Shown here: in pieces, positions 50,108-60,827 of the stretch
Layout: every line of letters begins with the position of its first letter
Numbering within the stretch: the first letter of the stretch is position 1
NCBI GenBank assembly: GCA_038133485.1
Contig: JAYPTH010000004.1
Span: 1,023 to 65,022 of the forward strand
Source: Gammaproteobacteria bacterium
GTDB lineage: Bacteria > Pseudomonadota > Gammaproteobacteria > Magnimaribacterales > TMED112
Direction of reading: 5' to 3'
Length of the DNA: 64,000 nt
Program-made: the position numbers and the translations under genes
The notes under the pieces: model-generated
What the model saw: only the letters and a program-made list of their open reading frames with translations
Database searches by the model: none
Told to the model about the DNA's origin: nothing

Positions 50108-51015
50108 TTTTTACTGGTTAATTTAATAAATAGTTCTTCTAATCTGTTAGTTTGATTTCTTATATTTTTTACATTTAGCTCCTCTATTTCTTTTGCCTTA
50201 AATAGATCATTTAAATTTTGATCTTTACTTAGCGTCACTGAAAATTTATTTTCACTCAAGCCATGGACTGCATAACCTGTCAATCTAAAATCTTGTGGGA
50301 TGGTTTCAGATGTCTCAATGATGAAGACTTGGTCATCAATTTGTTTTAGTAATGCATTCATGGAAGTGTTTTCAATAATTTCTCCCTCATCAATGATTGC
50401 TATATTTCGACACAAATTTTCTGCTTCCTCTAAATAATGTGTAGTGAGAATTATTGTGGTGCCAAGTTGATTAATTTCCAATAAGAAGTCCCACAGACTC
50501 CTTCTTAGTTCAATATCTACACCCGCCGTAGGCTCATCTAGAATTAACAATTCAGGTTCATGTATTAAAGCCTTTATAATCATAATTCTTCTTTTCTGGC
50601 CGCCTGATAGCATCCTTGCCTGATCATTTCTTTTATCCCATAAGCCAAGCTTCTTTAAATACTTCTCTGCCCTTTCTAAAGCTGTTTTGTAATCAACGCC
50701 ATAATAACCAGCTTGAGTCACGATAATGTCTATGACTTTTTCGAATTGTGAAAAATTAAATTCCTGGTTAACAACACCAAGCTTAGACTTTGCCAAACTA
50801 AAATTTGTATCTATATCGATATCACAAACGTTCACAGATCCAGATGTCTTATTTACTAATGATGATATGATTCCAATCACTGTAGACTTACCAGCACCGT
50901 TTGGGCCTAAAAGGGCAAAAAAGTCCCCTTTTTTGACATTAAGATCAATCCCTTTCAGAGCAACCACTTTGTTGCTGTAAGTTTTTTTAAGGTCCTTTAT
51001 TTCTAATGCAAACAT
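50104..51015 (-). CDS. yadG: ABC transporter ATP-binding protein (YadG-like)
   Basis: GPNGAGKST, LSGGQKRR, LILDEPTAGVD, NRLEELF. Confidence 0.88.
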   Translation of the reverse strand: MFALEIKDLKKTYSNKVVALKGIDLNVKKGDFFALLGPNGAGKSTVIGIISSLVNKTSGSVNVCDIDIDTNFSLAKSKLGVVNQEFNFSQFEKVIDIIVTQAGYYGVDYKTALERAEKYLKKLGLWDKRNDQARMLSGGQKRRIMIIKALIHEPELLILDEPTAGVDIELRRSLWDFLLEINQLGTTIILTTHYLEEAENLCRNIAIIDEGEIIENTSMNALLKQIDDQVFIIETSETIPQDFRLTGYAVHGLSENKFSVTLSKDQNLNDLFKAKEIEELNVKNIRNQTNRLEELFIKLTSKK

Positions 51016-52197
51016 TTAATTTCTCTTGGATAGGAAGCCAACCGCTTCTGATATTCCACCAATAGTTAATGGGAACATTTTCTGATCCATCAAGGTAGAA
51101 ATCATTCTAATGGTAGAAGTATAGTCCCAATGGTCTTGGTGTACAGGATTAAGCCAAGCGGTTTTATAAAAATAGCTTTGAATTTTTGAAAGCCATTTCT
51201 CTCCTGACTCATCATTCCAATGCTCAATGCTGCCGCCAGCATTGGTAAGTTCATAAGGCGCCATACTAGCATCTCCGACAATCAAAACTTTATGATTTTT
51301 ACTAAATTTATTTAAGATGTTTTGGGTTGGAATACGATTTTCATTCCTGCGAAAATTTTCCTTCCAGACCGATTCGTATATGCAGTTATGAAAGTAGTAA
51401 TATTCAAGATTTTTAAATTCAGATTTAGCTGCTGAAAATAGTTCCTCACATACTCTTACAAATGGATCCATTGAGCCGCCAACATCGAAAAAAACAATAA
51501 GATTTATGTCGTTAAGTTTTTCACGCAAATATTCTAATTCTAGATACCCAGCATTTTTTGCTGTGGATTTTATTGTGCCATCAAGATTAAATTCCCATCT
51601 ATCGCTTGTGCGTGTCATCTTGCGTAACTTTCTTAAAGCTACTTTGATATTTCTCGTTCCCAACTGCAGTGAATCATCTAAGTTCTGGAATTGTCGCTCT
51701 TCCCAAACTTTAGCAGCCATTCCTTTGTTCGATTTTCCTCCTACCCTTATTCCATTTGGGTGGTGGCCTGCATTGCCAAAAGGTGAAGTTCCTGCAGTAC
51801 CTATCCATTTACTTCCCCCATGATGTTCTTTTTCTTGTTCTTCGAGACGTTTTTTAAACTCTTTCAATAATTCATCTAACCCTCCTAAGGACTTAATTTT
51901 TTTTAACTCCTCTTCTGACAACTCCTTCTCAAATTGTTGTCGCATCCACTCATCAGGAATTAACATCTTTAAAATATCATCCATATTCTTGATGCCTCTA
52001 AAATATACATCAAAAGCTCTATCGAACTTGTCAAAGTATTTTTCATCTTTCACTAGCAAAGTTCTGGAGAGAAAATAAAAATTATCCCAATCTGCAAAGA
52101 CTAATTTTTTGTCTAGACCATTTAAGAGATCAATAAATTCACGTAAGGTAACCGGCACCCCATAACTTTTTACTGTGTTGAATAAATTTACCAGCAT
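51016..52197 (-). CDS. VWA-domain (CoxE-like) protein
   Basis: DVGGSM MIDAS-like motif, WIGTAGTSPFG, VGDASMAPYE, WLNP; paired with a MoxR ATPase. Confidence 0.88.
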   Translation of the reverse strand: MLVNLFNTVKSYGVPVTLREFIDLLNGLDKKLVFADWDNFYFLSRTLLVKDEKYFDKFDRAFDVYFRGIKNMDDILKMLIPDEWMRQQFEKELSEEELKKIKSLGGLDELLKEFKKRLEEQEKEHHGGSKWIGTAGTSPFGNAGHHPNGIRVGGKSNKGMAAKVWEERQFQNLDDSLQLGTRNIKVALRKLRKMTRTSDRWEFNLDGTIKSTAKNAGYLELEYLREKLNDINLIVFFDVGGSMDPFVRVCEELFSAAKSEFKNLEYYYFHNCIYESVWKENFRRNENRIPTQNILNKFSKNHKVLIVGDASMAPYELTNAGGSIEHWNDESGEKWLSKIQSYFYKTAWLNPVHQDHWDYTSTIRMISTLMDQKMFPLTIGGISEAVGFLSKRN

Positions 52198-53036
52198 TAG
52201 GTATTTCGCTTTGACATAAATGCAAGCCTTTGAAGCAACTCAACATCTTGTTCGTTTTTAAGCAATGCACCATATAAAGGTGGCACTAGATTAGACTGTT
52301 TAGAGGCTAAAACCTCTTGTGCTAATTCATCAGACACAAGCAACTTTAACCAATCTACTAACTCAGACGTGCTTGGTTTTTTCTTAAGTCCAGGGACTTT
52401 GCGAACATCAAAAAAAGTATCTAATGAATCTTTTATCAATCTCTTTTTAATTTTGGGTATGTGGATATTAATTATTTTTTCCAGCACTTCTCGGTCAGGA
52501 AAAGCAATGTAATGAAAGAAGCATCTTCTGAGAAATGCATCTGGCAAATCCTTTTCATTATTAGATGTGATGATGACCAAAGGTCTATGTTTGGCTTTAA
52601 TAGTTTGATCTAGCTCATAGCAGTAAAATTCCATTCTATCTAGTTCTTGAAGGAGATCGTTTGGAAATTCGATGTCGGCTTTATCTATTTCGTCAACAAG
52701 CAATACCACTCTTTCATCAGAGGTGAAAGCATCCCATAACTTTCCCTTTTTTATATAATTAGCAATATCACTAACCTTATCGTTGCCAAGTTGAGAATCT
52801 CTCAATCTTGAAACAGCATCGTACTCATATAAACCTTGTGAAGCTTTTGTGGTTGACTTAATGTGCCACTCAACCAATCGCATGCCCAATGCCTCTGCTA
52901 CTTCTAATGCAAGCATAGTTTTACCTGTACCAGGCTCACCTTTTACCAGTAATGGCTTTTCAAGTGTTAAGGCCGCATTTACAGCGAGTTTAAGGTCTTC
53001 AGTTGCTACGTATTGTTTTGTGCCTTGGAATTTCAT
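52197..53036 (-). CDS. MoxR-family AAA+ ATPase
   Basis: GEPGTGKT, YEYDAVSRL, LLVDEIDKAD, LPDAFLRRC. Start moved to MKFQG. Confidence 0.92.
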   Translation of the reverse strand: MKFQGTKQYVATEDLKLAVNAALTLEKPLLVKGEPGTGKTMLALEVAEALGMRLVEWHIKSTTKASQGLYEYDAVSRLRDSQLGNDKVSDIANYIKKGKLWDAFTSDERVVLLVDEIDKADIEFPNDLLQELDRMEFYCYELDQTIKAKHRPLVIITSNNEKDLPDAFLRRCFFHYIAFPDREVLEKIINIHIPKIKKRLIKDSLDTFFDVRKVPGLKKKPSTSELVDWLKLLVSDELAQEVLASKQSNLVPPLYGALLKNEQDVELLQRLAFMSKRNT

Positions 53037-53072
53037 TTTGACTAGGTTAGAGTTTATCAAAATTAATTACAA

Positions 53073-53852
53073 ATGTTATTGGCAGATTGTTGCTTTAATG
53101 CAACTCATGAAAGTTTTAATGATGACTTAGATCAAGTATTTCTTGATGCTATGAATAGTGGTGTAAAGTATTTTTTTACTCCAACCTCTCAAGAAACTGA
53201 AATTGATGGTTTGCTCTCAATGTGTGATCAAAGAGATAATTTATACGCTGGTATAGGCATACACCCACATCATGCATCAGAATTAAGACCTCAGACGCGA
53301 CAAAACCTGATGAGTAAGAAGAATGCAAAAATAAGAGCAATAGGTGAAATAGGGCTGGATTACTTTAGAAATTTTCAAAGCCATGATGTGCAAAAAAAAT
53401 GCTTTGAGGAACAACTTGATATCGCGAAAGAGATGAAGCTTCCAGCGTTTCTTCATCACAGAGATGCTTTTAAAGATTTCTTTCCAATCCTAAAGCCTTA
53501 TGCTTTGGAATTGCCGCAAAGCATTGTGCATTGCTTCACAGGAACTAAGGAAGAATTAACTGCATTCTTGGATCTGGGTCTCTTTATAGGTATTACCGGC
53601 TGGATCAATGACCCACAAAGGGGTGAGGATGTTAAAAAGTTAGTGAAATATATCCCAGATGATCGATTATTAATAGAAACAGATGCGCCTTATTTGCTGC
53701 CGAAAAATATTCAAGTTAAACCAAAAAATAGACGAAATGAACCAAAGTATTTAATTGAAGTAATAAAGCTAATTGCTGAAACAAAAGGTCAAAATCTTGA
53801 AAGCCTAGCTAGAAGTACTACTCAAAATTTCAGAAAGTTATTTAATTGTTAA
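53073..53852 (+). CDS. tatD: TatD family nuclease
   Basis: GIHPH, GEIGLDY, HHRDA, VHCFTG, GITGW, ETDAPYL, RNEP. Confidence 0.93.
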   Translation: MLLADCCFNATHESFNDDLDQVFLDAMNSGVKYFFTPTSQETEIDGLLSMCDQRDNLYAGIGIHPHHASELRPQTRQNLMSKKNAKIRAIGEIGLDYFRNFQSHDVQKKCFEEQLDIAKEMKLPAFLHHRDAFKDFFPILKPYALELPQSIVHCFTGTKEELTAFLDLGLFIGITGWINDPQRGEDVKKLVKYIPDDRLLIETDAPYLLPKNIQVKPKNRRNEPKYLIEVIKLIAETKGQNLESLARSTTQNFRKLFNC

Positions 53853-56138
53853 ATCAATTAAGCGAGGCAATGCTAAAAAAGCCAAAATCATAGATATGAA
53901 AATAGCTAGTGCAGAAAGAGTGCCAAATAAAATTGTTGGAATAAAATTTGAAAATATCAATATTAAGAAACCAATTATTATGGTTATCCCAACTATAAAA
54001 ATAGCATGCCCAGCTGTTTTGAAGGTAGTGTTTTCTACTGCATAGTGATCTTGGTTACTGTAAAGATTTATCTCCTCTTTTTCTTTGATGTAACGCCAAG
54101 CAAAATGAATAGCATAATCTACCGACATCCCAACTGAAATTGAAGCAATAGTAATAGTCATAATATCAAGCGGAATGTTAAGTAGGGTCATGATGCTGAG
54201 CACTGAACCAACAGCCAGGCCAGGTATAACCAAAATGCATAATGATTTAAGAGCAGACCTAAATAATATAAGTAGCATTAGAAAAATTAAACCGAAAACA
54301 AAGCCTAGAGATTTTATTTGCGAATTAAATAGACTTTGCAATAAATTGTTATACAAAACACCCAATCCAGTGATTTGATATGAGTAGCCTGTATCTGAGA
54401 GCTCTGTTGTTAAGACAGCATGCAAACCATCAATAAGTTTCTTCCTATTTAAGTTCTCTTGTGAATCTACTATACGTAAGCTTAATCTCACTTCTCTATC
54501 GTCAGCTGATATATAGTCCTTAATAAGATCGCTGGCTGTTTCACTCTCTAATAAGGTATTTTTTATAAAAATTAACTCAAGATCTCCTAGAGGATTTTCG
54601 TTATTTAAGCTTTCTGCTAAGGAAATGCCATTAACAATACTTAGAACTTTTCCAACTCCTTCAACTTCCTCAACTTTTTTTTGTATTGATTTTAAAAGAG
54701 TCATGCTATCTTGTTTCCACCAATACTCAGGAACCTCTGAACCTTCACTGTAAAAAAAATCTAGCTCATCTTGCATCTCTATATTTTTTTCAGGCATTAA
54801 AATAGTTATGTCTACAGGCGTCGTGCCGCCTAGCTCGGTATCGATAAGTGACATGCCCTTATAAATTTCAGTATCTTGTTTAAAGTAGTCTATAAATTTG
54901 TTCTCCACCTTAAGGTTGGATGCAAGATAGATAAAAAGCGGGATGCATAAAAGGATCAAAGGTATTGTTATTGCTCTAGCTAATAAGCGAATTGGGTTTA
55001 TAAAATTCGCCAACCACTCACCAAAGTTAAAGGCATTATTCTCTTTCAATTTTTTTATAAATACACAAAGAGATATAAATACAAAGCTGACGATGAAATT
55101 TATTGCAACGCCCCACATCATCATTTTTCCAAAATCAATTACAGGCTTAATACCGCTTAACATTAGTGCACCAAATCCTGCAATAGTTGTTATAGCGGTG
55201 TAAAAACAAGGTGTAAAAATCTCAGTTAGAGCATCTAGATAGTTAGAATCTTCATTTTTTGTGTTTTGCAGATTTACTAAGATATGAACAGAAACAGCAA
55301 TTGAGGTTATCAGCAACAGTGCTAAAAAATTTGAGGAAACTATGCTTACTGGCCAATTAAAAATACCTAGTGATCCGATGACAATGTACATTACAAGTGC
55401 AGCATTTCCCATAATAATGGCAACTGGCCAAAAACCCTTAAATAGAATTATTAAAAGCAAACAGAAAACTAAGAAAGTTACTGTGCCAAAAACAAGAACA
55501 TCATTCTGGATAAAATTGATAGTATCCTCAACTATCATTGCTGGGCCAGCTAGATAGGCCTCTCCTCCCCAATTATTTAAAACAGATCTAATTTTTGCAA
55601 CAGCTAGAGGAAAATCAGTTTCACTATTTAAATTGACTTGAATTGCAAAAATATCACCGTCCGAATTTAAAATTAAATTTTTAAAAATTGGACTATTTTT
55701 AAGCTCATCTAGTGCTTCATCAAAATCTACTTGGTCTTTTAATAAATATTTATCATTATTACCAACCTTAAGCAATGGAACTTTTGGTTGCTCCAATATT
55801 GGAGCATCAAGTATAGAGGTTGTGTTTCGCACGCTCTCAAGTGCTGTAAGATTTGCGGCTAAATTATTAAAACTCTCAAGAAAACCAATATCAAATTGTT
55901 GGTCTCTATTGGAAACTGCAACTACTAAAAACTCACTGGAGCCAAATCGCTCATTTACTTCCTCATAAGACTTATAGGCTAAATCATTGTCTAAAACTAA
56001 GGTTTCAGATGAGGCGTCAAATCTGAAATTTGAAATACCAGATGAAGCCAATCCTATTACTAAAGCTAATAGAATTGTAGTTAGTTTCGGATGGGTTTTA
56101 ATAGATTTAAAAAAGCTGTAGATTAATTTTTTGAGCAT
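53838..56138 (-). CDS. MMPL/RND-family transporter
   Basis: Two repeats of one TM + periplasmic domain + five TMs; TTIAGF, GMSVDYAIH. Start moved to MLKK. Confidence 0.88.
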   Translation of the reverse strand: MLKKLIYSFFKSIKTHPKLTTILLALVIGLASSGISNFRFDASSETLVLDNDLAYKSYEEVNERFGSSEFLVVAVSNRDQQFDIGFLESFNNLAANLTALESVRNTTSILDAPILEQPKVPLLKVGNNDKYLLKDQVDFDEALDELKNSPIFKNLILNSDGDIFAIQVNLNSETDFPLAVAKIRSVLNNWGGEAYLAGPAMIVEDTINFIQNDVLVFGTVTFLVFCLLLIILFKGFWPVAIIMGNAALVMYIVIGSLGIFNWPVSIVSSNFLALLLITSIAVSVHILVNLQNTKNEDSNYLDALTEIFTPCFYTAITTIAGFGALMLSGIKPVIDFGKMMMWGVAINFIVSFVFISLCVFIKKLKENNAFNFGEWLANFINPIRLLARAITIPLILLCIPLFIYLASNLKVENKFIDYFKQDTEIYKGMSLIDTELGGTTPVDITILMPEKNIEMQDELDFFYSEGSEVPEYWWKQDSMTLLKSIQKKVEEVEGVGKVLSIVNGISLAESLNNENPLGDLELIFIKNTLLESETASDLIKDYISADDREVRLSLRIVDSQENLNRKKLIDGLHAVLTTELSDTGYSYQITGLGVLYNNLLQSLFNSQIKSLGFVFGLIFLMLLILFRSALKSLCILVIPGLAVGSVLSIMTLLNIPLDIMTITIASISVGMSVDYAIHFAWRYIKEKEEINLYSNQDHYAVENTTFKTAGHAIFIVGITIIIGFLILIFSNFIPTILFGTLSALAIFISMILAFLALPRLIDLTIK

Positions 56139-56416
56139 GGTGGAGAAGCTTGAAATTCTTGTGATTTTTCCCACTCTGCAAATGTCTTTGCAACTATAGA
56201 TATCGCATGAATTTGCTCGACGTAATGACCCAAAGCCTTGTATACCATTTGATGTCTTTGGAGTAGTTTCTGATCATTAAAATCATTTGAGACAATGATA
56301 ATTTTGATGTGTGAAACCTGACCAATATAATTTGAATGATTGGGACTTTCATCGAGCACTTCTAAATGCTCTGTTTTTATTGTTTCCTTAATCAAATTTT
56401 GAATATTTTTAATCAT
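56123..56416 (-). CDS. bolA: BolA family protein
   Basis: LEVLDES..H, SHIKIIIVS..F, RHQMVY, IHAISI, SPPC. Confidence 0.9.
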   Translation of the reverse strand: MIKNIQNLIKETIKTEHLEVLDESPNHSNYIGQVSHIKIIIVSNDFNDQKLLQRHQMVYKALGHYVEQIHAISIVAKTFAEWEKSQEFQASPPCSKN

Positions 56417-57146
56417 CTTTTTTAGTTAGTCCTTGTGATTTATTTTTGCGAAATATAGGCAGATCCCCTTCATCTACTTCTTCAAAATTTCCATATACTC
56501 TTGGTTTATCTACATATTCATTAAATAAATATTTAATAGCTACAAAGCCAAATACAAAGCCCCCAATATGAGCGAAATATGCAACACCATCATAAGTATT
56601 GCCAGCTGCACTTATTAGTTGGCCTAAGATCCAAAAACCAATAACTATATTGGCTGGCACTCTCATAATTTGAACAAAAATTAAAAACCATACAAAAACC
56701 TTTACTCTTGCAGTTGGGTATAAAACAAAATAAGCGCCCATAATGGCAGCTATACAGCCACTGGCACCAATCATTGGTACATCTAAGCCACCGGAAAAAA
56801 GTGATTGAAAATAAGCTGCAAACACTCCACCAAGAAAGTAAAAAATTAAAAAATTCCTTCTGCCTAAGTGTGACTCAACATTGTCTCCATAAATATACAA
56901 AACCACCATATTTGAGAATAAATGCATAAAGCCACCATGTAGGAATGCTGATGTAACTAATGTGTGCAAATTGGTAAATTCTGAAAATACAGATGGTCTG
57001 ACGCCAAGATCATTAACAAGCTGCTGATTTGCTGATCCAATTGACATTTGGTAAAGAAAAATTAATACATTTAAGCCGATAAGAGTCCAAGTTAAGATTG
57101 GTGTTCTAGCAGATGGGTTCTCGTCTGCAAATGGAAAAAAAATCAT
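56409..57146 (-). CDS. Rhomboid intramembrane protease
   Basis: FLHGGFMHLFSNM, GASG, AHIGG. Confidence 0.92.
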   Translation of the reverse strand: MIFFPFADENPSARTPILTWTLIGLNVLIFLYQMSIGSANQQLVNDLGVRPSVFSEFTNLHTLVTSAFLHGGFMHLFSNMVVLYIYGDNVESHLGRRNFLIFYFLGGVFAAYFQSLFSGGLDVPMIGASGCIAAIMGAYFVLYPTARVKVFVWFLIFVQIMRVPANIVIGFWILGQLISAAGNTYDGVAYFAHIGGFVFGFVAIKYLFNEYVDKPRVYGNFEEVDEGDLPIFRKNKSQGLTKKDD

Positions 57147-58135
57147 TTGATAGGCACCAGCGAACTTATAAATTGCTCAGCAACTTGATCCCAGGTATAT
57201 TTTTTTGACGATTCATAGACTGTTTCTCGATTTACTTTCAATGCTCTGTCAACTGCATCACTTAAATCTTTATCAGAGAGTGCGCCATTAACACCCTCAA
57301 TAACAATATCTTTGGGGCCTGTGACATTAAAACCAGCTATTGGTGTTCCACATGCCAATGCTTCAATTAAAACTATGCCAAAAGTATCTGTTTTAGAAGG
57401 GAATACAAAGCAAGATGCTTTTCTATATAAATCAGCTAAATCTTTGCCACTTTTATAGCCCATAAAGCGTACATCTGGATATCTCTTCTTGAATTTTTTT
57501 AACATTGGTCCACCACCAACAACAACTTTCTTTAGGGTGGATTTCATTTTTAAAAACTCTTCGATATTTTTTTCAATAGCTACCCGACCGACATAAAGAA
57601 GATACCCATCTTCCGCCACAAAACCCTCTGGGTAAAAGATTTCACTATCAAAACCTCTAGACCATAAGACTAAATCAGTAAACCCATTTTCGGTAAGCTC
57701 ATCCATATGACTTTGAGTATTTACTAAAGTTTTGACAGCAGAATTATGAAACCACTTTAACAATCCATTGGTTACATCAAGACCAATTCCAAACCTCTCA
57801 TAAACATATTCAGGAAATTTTGTATGTATTGCAGATGTATAGGGGAGTTTATGCTCAAGGCAAAAATGTCTCGCTGTAATGCCTAGGGGCCCTTCAACAC
57901 TAATATGTATATAATCTGGGTCTATTTTTTTAATCTTATTTTTTAAATCCCAGAAATTCCATGCAACTGAAATCTCAGGATAATTAGGTAGTGGAAAAGT
58001 ATGAAAATGTCCCGGATGCAATACTTCTACCTTAAATTTTTTTGCTTCCAAGTGTTCAACTACTTTAGTCATAGTTGTGACAACTCCATTGATTTGAGGC
58101 AGCCAAGCATCTGTAACAATTAATATTTTTTTCAT
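57143..58135 (-). CDS. GT4 glycosyltransferase, Agt-like glycolipid synthase
   Basis: TDAWLPQINGVV, EGPLG, HTKFPEY, VGRVAIEKN, FPSKTDTFG..LIEALACG; coupled to the plcP-like gene. Confidence 0.82.
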   Translation of the reverse strand: MKKILIVTDAWLPQINGVVTTMTKVVEHLEAKKFKVEVLHPGHFHTFPLPNYPEISVAWNFWDLKNKIKKIDPDYIHISVEGPLGITARHFCLEHKLPYTSAIHTKFPEYVYERFGIGLDVTNGLLKWFHNSAVKTLVNTQSHMDELTENGFTDLVLWSRGFDSEIFYPEGFVAEDGYLLYVGRVAIEKNIEEFLKMKSTLKKVVVGGGPMLKKFKKRYPDVRFMGYKSGKDLADLYRKASCFVFPSKTDTFGIVLIEALACGTPIAGFNVTGPKDIVIEGVNGALSDKDLSDAVDRALKVNRETVYESSKKYTWDQVAEQFISSLVPIK

Positions 58136-58905
58136 AGCGTTGAAATTGTCTTAATTTTATTATTTTTTTGCAGCTGGACTAAAGACATCTCCCCATCAAA
58201 ATTTTCTACTACAGCAGTACAAGATTCAATCCAATCCCCAGTGTTAATGTATGAATAATTTTGATGTCTCTTTATTTCCGGAATATGGATATGACCACAC
58301 ATTAAAGCATCGTAACCATTTTCAAGACATTCATTTTTAATTAACTTATGGAAGTTTCCGGCTTTGTTTACTATTTTTTTTGTTGTGCGTTTTAAAAATT
58401 TAGACAAGGGTCGGTTAAGAAAAATTAAAAAGTCGTAAATTAGCCCTCCAAGTTTAGAAACCCACTTTGCATTTGAAGTCACAACATCATATTGATCGCC
58501 GTGTATGACAAGGATTTTTCCATATTTTTTATTAATTATTACTTCTCTATCAGAGGCCTTAAACGATAGAAGAGCATCTATTATTTCTGGGTACGGAGAC
58601 CCCTTCTTTCGGAGTTTGTTTGTCTCCTGTTCATCTCTGAGAGGGTCATCGTGATTTCCAGTAATAAAAAGTACATTTTTTCCTTTGTTTTGAAAATCAA
58701 TAAAAAGTTCTAATATTTTGTGGTGAGCATTTGGCCAATAAAAATTATCCTGCATCGACCAAAGATCGACTATATCGCCCACTAGATATAAATCTTGAAA
58801 ATCTACCTGTTCTAGGAAAGCTAAAAGCTTCTCGTTTTGGCACCCATTGAAACCCAAATGGATATCAGATAAGAATATAGATTTGTATTGATTTATATGA
58901 TTCAT
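58132..58905 (-). CDS. plcP: PlcP/LpxH-like metallophosphoesterase (probable phospholipase C)
   Basis: SDIHLG, GDIVD, GNHD, HGD, GHIH, NTGDWIESCTA; adjacent to a GT4 gene. Confidence 0.72.
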   Translation of the reverse strand: MNHINQYKSIFLSDIHLGFNGCQNEKLLAFLEQVDFQDLYLVGDIVDLWSMQDNFYWPNAHHKILELFIDFQNKGKNVLFITGNHDDPLRDEQETNKLRKKGSPYPEIIDALLSFKASDREVIINKKYGKILVIHGDQYDVVTSNAKWVSKLGGLIYDFLIFLNRPLSKFLKRTTKKIVNKAGNFHKLIKNECLENGYDALMCGHIHIPEIKRHQNYSYINTGDWIESCTAVVENFDGEMSLVQLQKNNKIKTISTL

Positions 58906-58923
58906 GTAGCATTATTTTAATCT

Positions 58924-59847
58924 ATGTCATTAAAACAAACACAGAAAATTACTATTTGGGCGTTTAAAGATGGAAAAAAAGGTCATGAAAAACAAATTGA
59001 TGCCCTAATTTCGGAAATAGCACTTCATAAAAATGTAGTCATCTATGAATTTAGCGCATTTGATGCATGGCAAAATCATAACTCTAGACCAAACATCATA
59101 ATTGGAGCTGGAAATAATACTCACCAACTGATGTTAAAAGCCAAAAAAGAACATCCTTCAGCAAAAACAATAGTGCTAATGAAACCATCTCTAAGGCCTA
59201 CACAATGGTTTGATATCGCAATAGTTCCTGATATAGATACCTATTATTTTGGAAAACCTGACAACGTGATTACTACACAAGGTGTATTATCAAAATATTC
59301 TGATCAAGACCCCAAGCCCAAAACTGGCTTAATTGTGATTGGCGGTAAAAGTAGACATTTTCTATTTCGCAAAAAAGTTGTGCAGCAACAAATTGAGTGG
59401 ATTTTAAATGACTTGTATCAAGACTATGAATGGAAGATCACAACCTCACCCAGATCACCAGATTTATCTCTCCCCAAACATCCTGGTAATGCGAAATTTT
59501 TTAGCTGGAAAGACACAGATGAAAATTGGCTATCCAACGAGATTAAACAAAGCGAAATTACATTTTTAACACCTGAGAGTGTTTCAGTGCTTTATGAGGC
59601 GCTATCAACAAAAACTCAGGTCTACGTTTTTCATCACGAACTTCATGCTGATGACCATGGTCAAAGACAAACAAAGGTAACAAAAAATATTACAAAATTA
59701 AAAAAACAGAATCTTATTGGGTATATAGAATCAAAAAGGCACACTTTTTCCAGATCAATCAAATCTGCTGAACTATTCCATCCAAAAAATAAAGAGCCAT
59801 TGTCAGAAGTAAAAAGAGTAGTGCAGGAACTGTTAAGAATACTATGA
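58924..59847 (+). CDS. ELM1/GtrOC1-family putative glycosyltransferase
   Basis: DGKKGHEKQ, IVLMKP, IGG.SRHF, TTSPRS, TPESVSVLYEAL. Confidence 0.75.
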   Translation: MSLKQTQKITIWAFKDGKKGHEKQIDALISEIALHKNVVIYEFSAFDAWQNHNSRPNIIIGAGNNTHQLMLKAKKEHPSAKTIVLMKPSLRPTQWFDIAIVPDIDTYYFGKPDNVITTQGVLSKYSDQDPKPKTGLIVIGGKSRHFLFRKKVVQQQIEWILNDLYQDYEWKITTSPRSPDLSLPKHPGNAKFFSWKDTDENWLSNEIKQSEITFLTPESVSVLYEALSTKTQVYVFHHELHADDHGQRQTKVTKNITKLKKQNLIGYIESKRHTFSRSIKSAELFHPKNKEPLSEVKRVVQELLRIL

Positions 59848-60827
59848 AAATTTTGCATCTTTTCTCGAGTAAAGTCTTTTCAGGATTGGAGCGTCATGTT
59901 GAAGAACTTGCGTTTGAACAATCAAAAAATGATGATGTTTTAGTGGTTGGTCCAATCAAACTTAAAGGACACTTTAGAAGCGCTTATGAAGCTATCAATA
60001 CAAATCAGTGGAGATTCTCTCCCATACTGAACCTACAGCTAAAAAAAGTCGTTAATCAGTACCAACCAGATATTGTTCATACGCACGCTTACAAAACTAC
60101 AGATCTGATTGCTAAGCAAAATAATAAAAAATTTTTTCATGTAGCAACGATTCATGGAACAAAAAAAAGAATAAAAGCTTTTGAAAAAGCAGAATTCATT
60201 TTTGGTGCAAGCAAAAGATCTCTAGAAAACATAAAAAACCCTAATAATTTAGTTTTAGAAAATTGGGTTGATGAAAGCAGATTTGAAAATTTTAAAAAAA
60301 GTATTGCTGATCGGTATATCTATGTCGGACGTCTTGAGCAGGTAAAAAATCCAATGCGCTTGCTTAAAGCATGGAAAAAAATAAAACACAAACTTGATTT
60401 TTATGGTGATGGTCCACTAAGAGACCACTTATTAAAATATATCAAACAAAATAATCTGGATGATAGGGTATGTTTTATGGGTGAGGAGCAAGATGTAAAA
60501 AAGATCTATAGGAATGCTAAAGCTGTCTTAATTTCATCTGACAGAGAAGGATCGCCAAAAGTTTTATTTGAATCTTTATTTTGCAATATACCTGTTCTAT
60601 CAACAAAGACAGGCATTATGCCTGATATACTTCCAGCGTCATGTGTATCAGAGGCTAATGATGATGAATTTGCTGAGTTATTGGTTAAATGGATAGACCA
60701 ACCCAATCTCCTTGCCACAGAACAGTATCATCTATACACAGAAATTAAGCAAAAGAATACTTTGTCTATTCAATCCGATATTGTTCTAAAAAAGTATCAA
60801 GAAATATCTTCTAAGGCATCAAGATAA
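59844..60827 (+). CDS. GT4 glycosyltransferase
   Basis: SGLERHV, DIVHTH, VGRLEQVKN, SDREGSPKVLFE. Confidence 0.85.
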   Translation: MKILHLFSSKVFSGLERHVEELAFEQSKNDDVLVVGPIKLKGHFRSAYEAINTNQWRFSPILNLQLKKVVNQYQPDIVHTHAYKTTDLIAKQNNKKFFHVATIHGTKKRIKAFEKAEFIFGASKRSLENIKNPNNLVLENWVDESRFENFKKSIADRYIYVGRLEQVKNPMRLLKAWKKIKHKLDFYGDGPLRDHLLKYIKQNNLDDRVCFMGEEQDVKKIYRNAKAVLISSDREGSPKVLFESLFCNIPVLSTKTGIMPDILPASCVSEANDDEFAELLVKWIDQPNLLATEQYHLYTEIKQKNTLSIQSDIVLKKYQEISSKASR

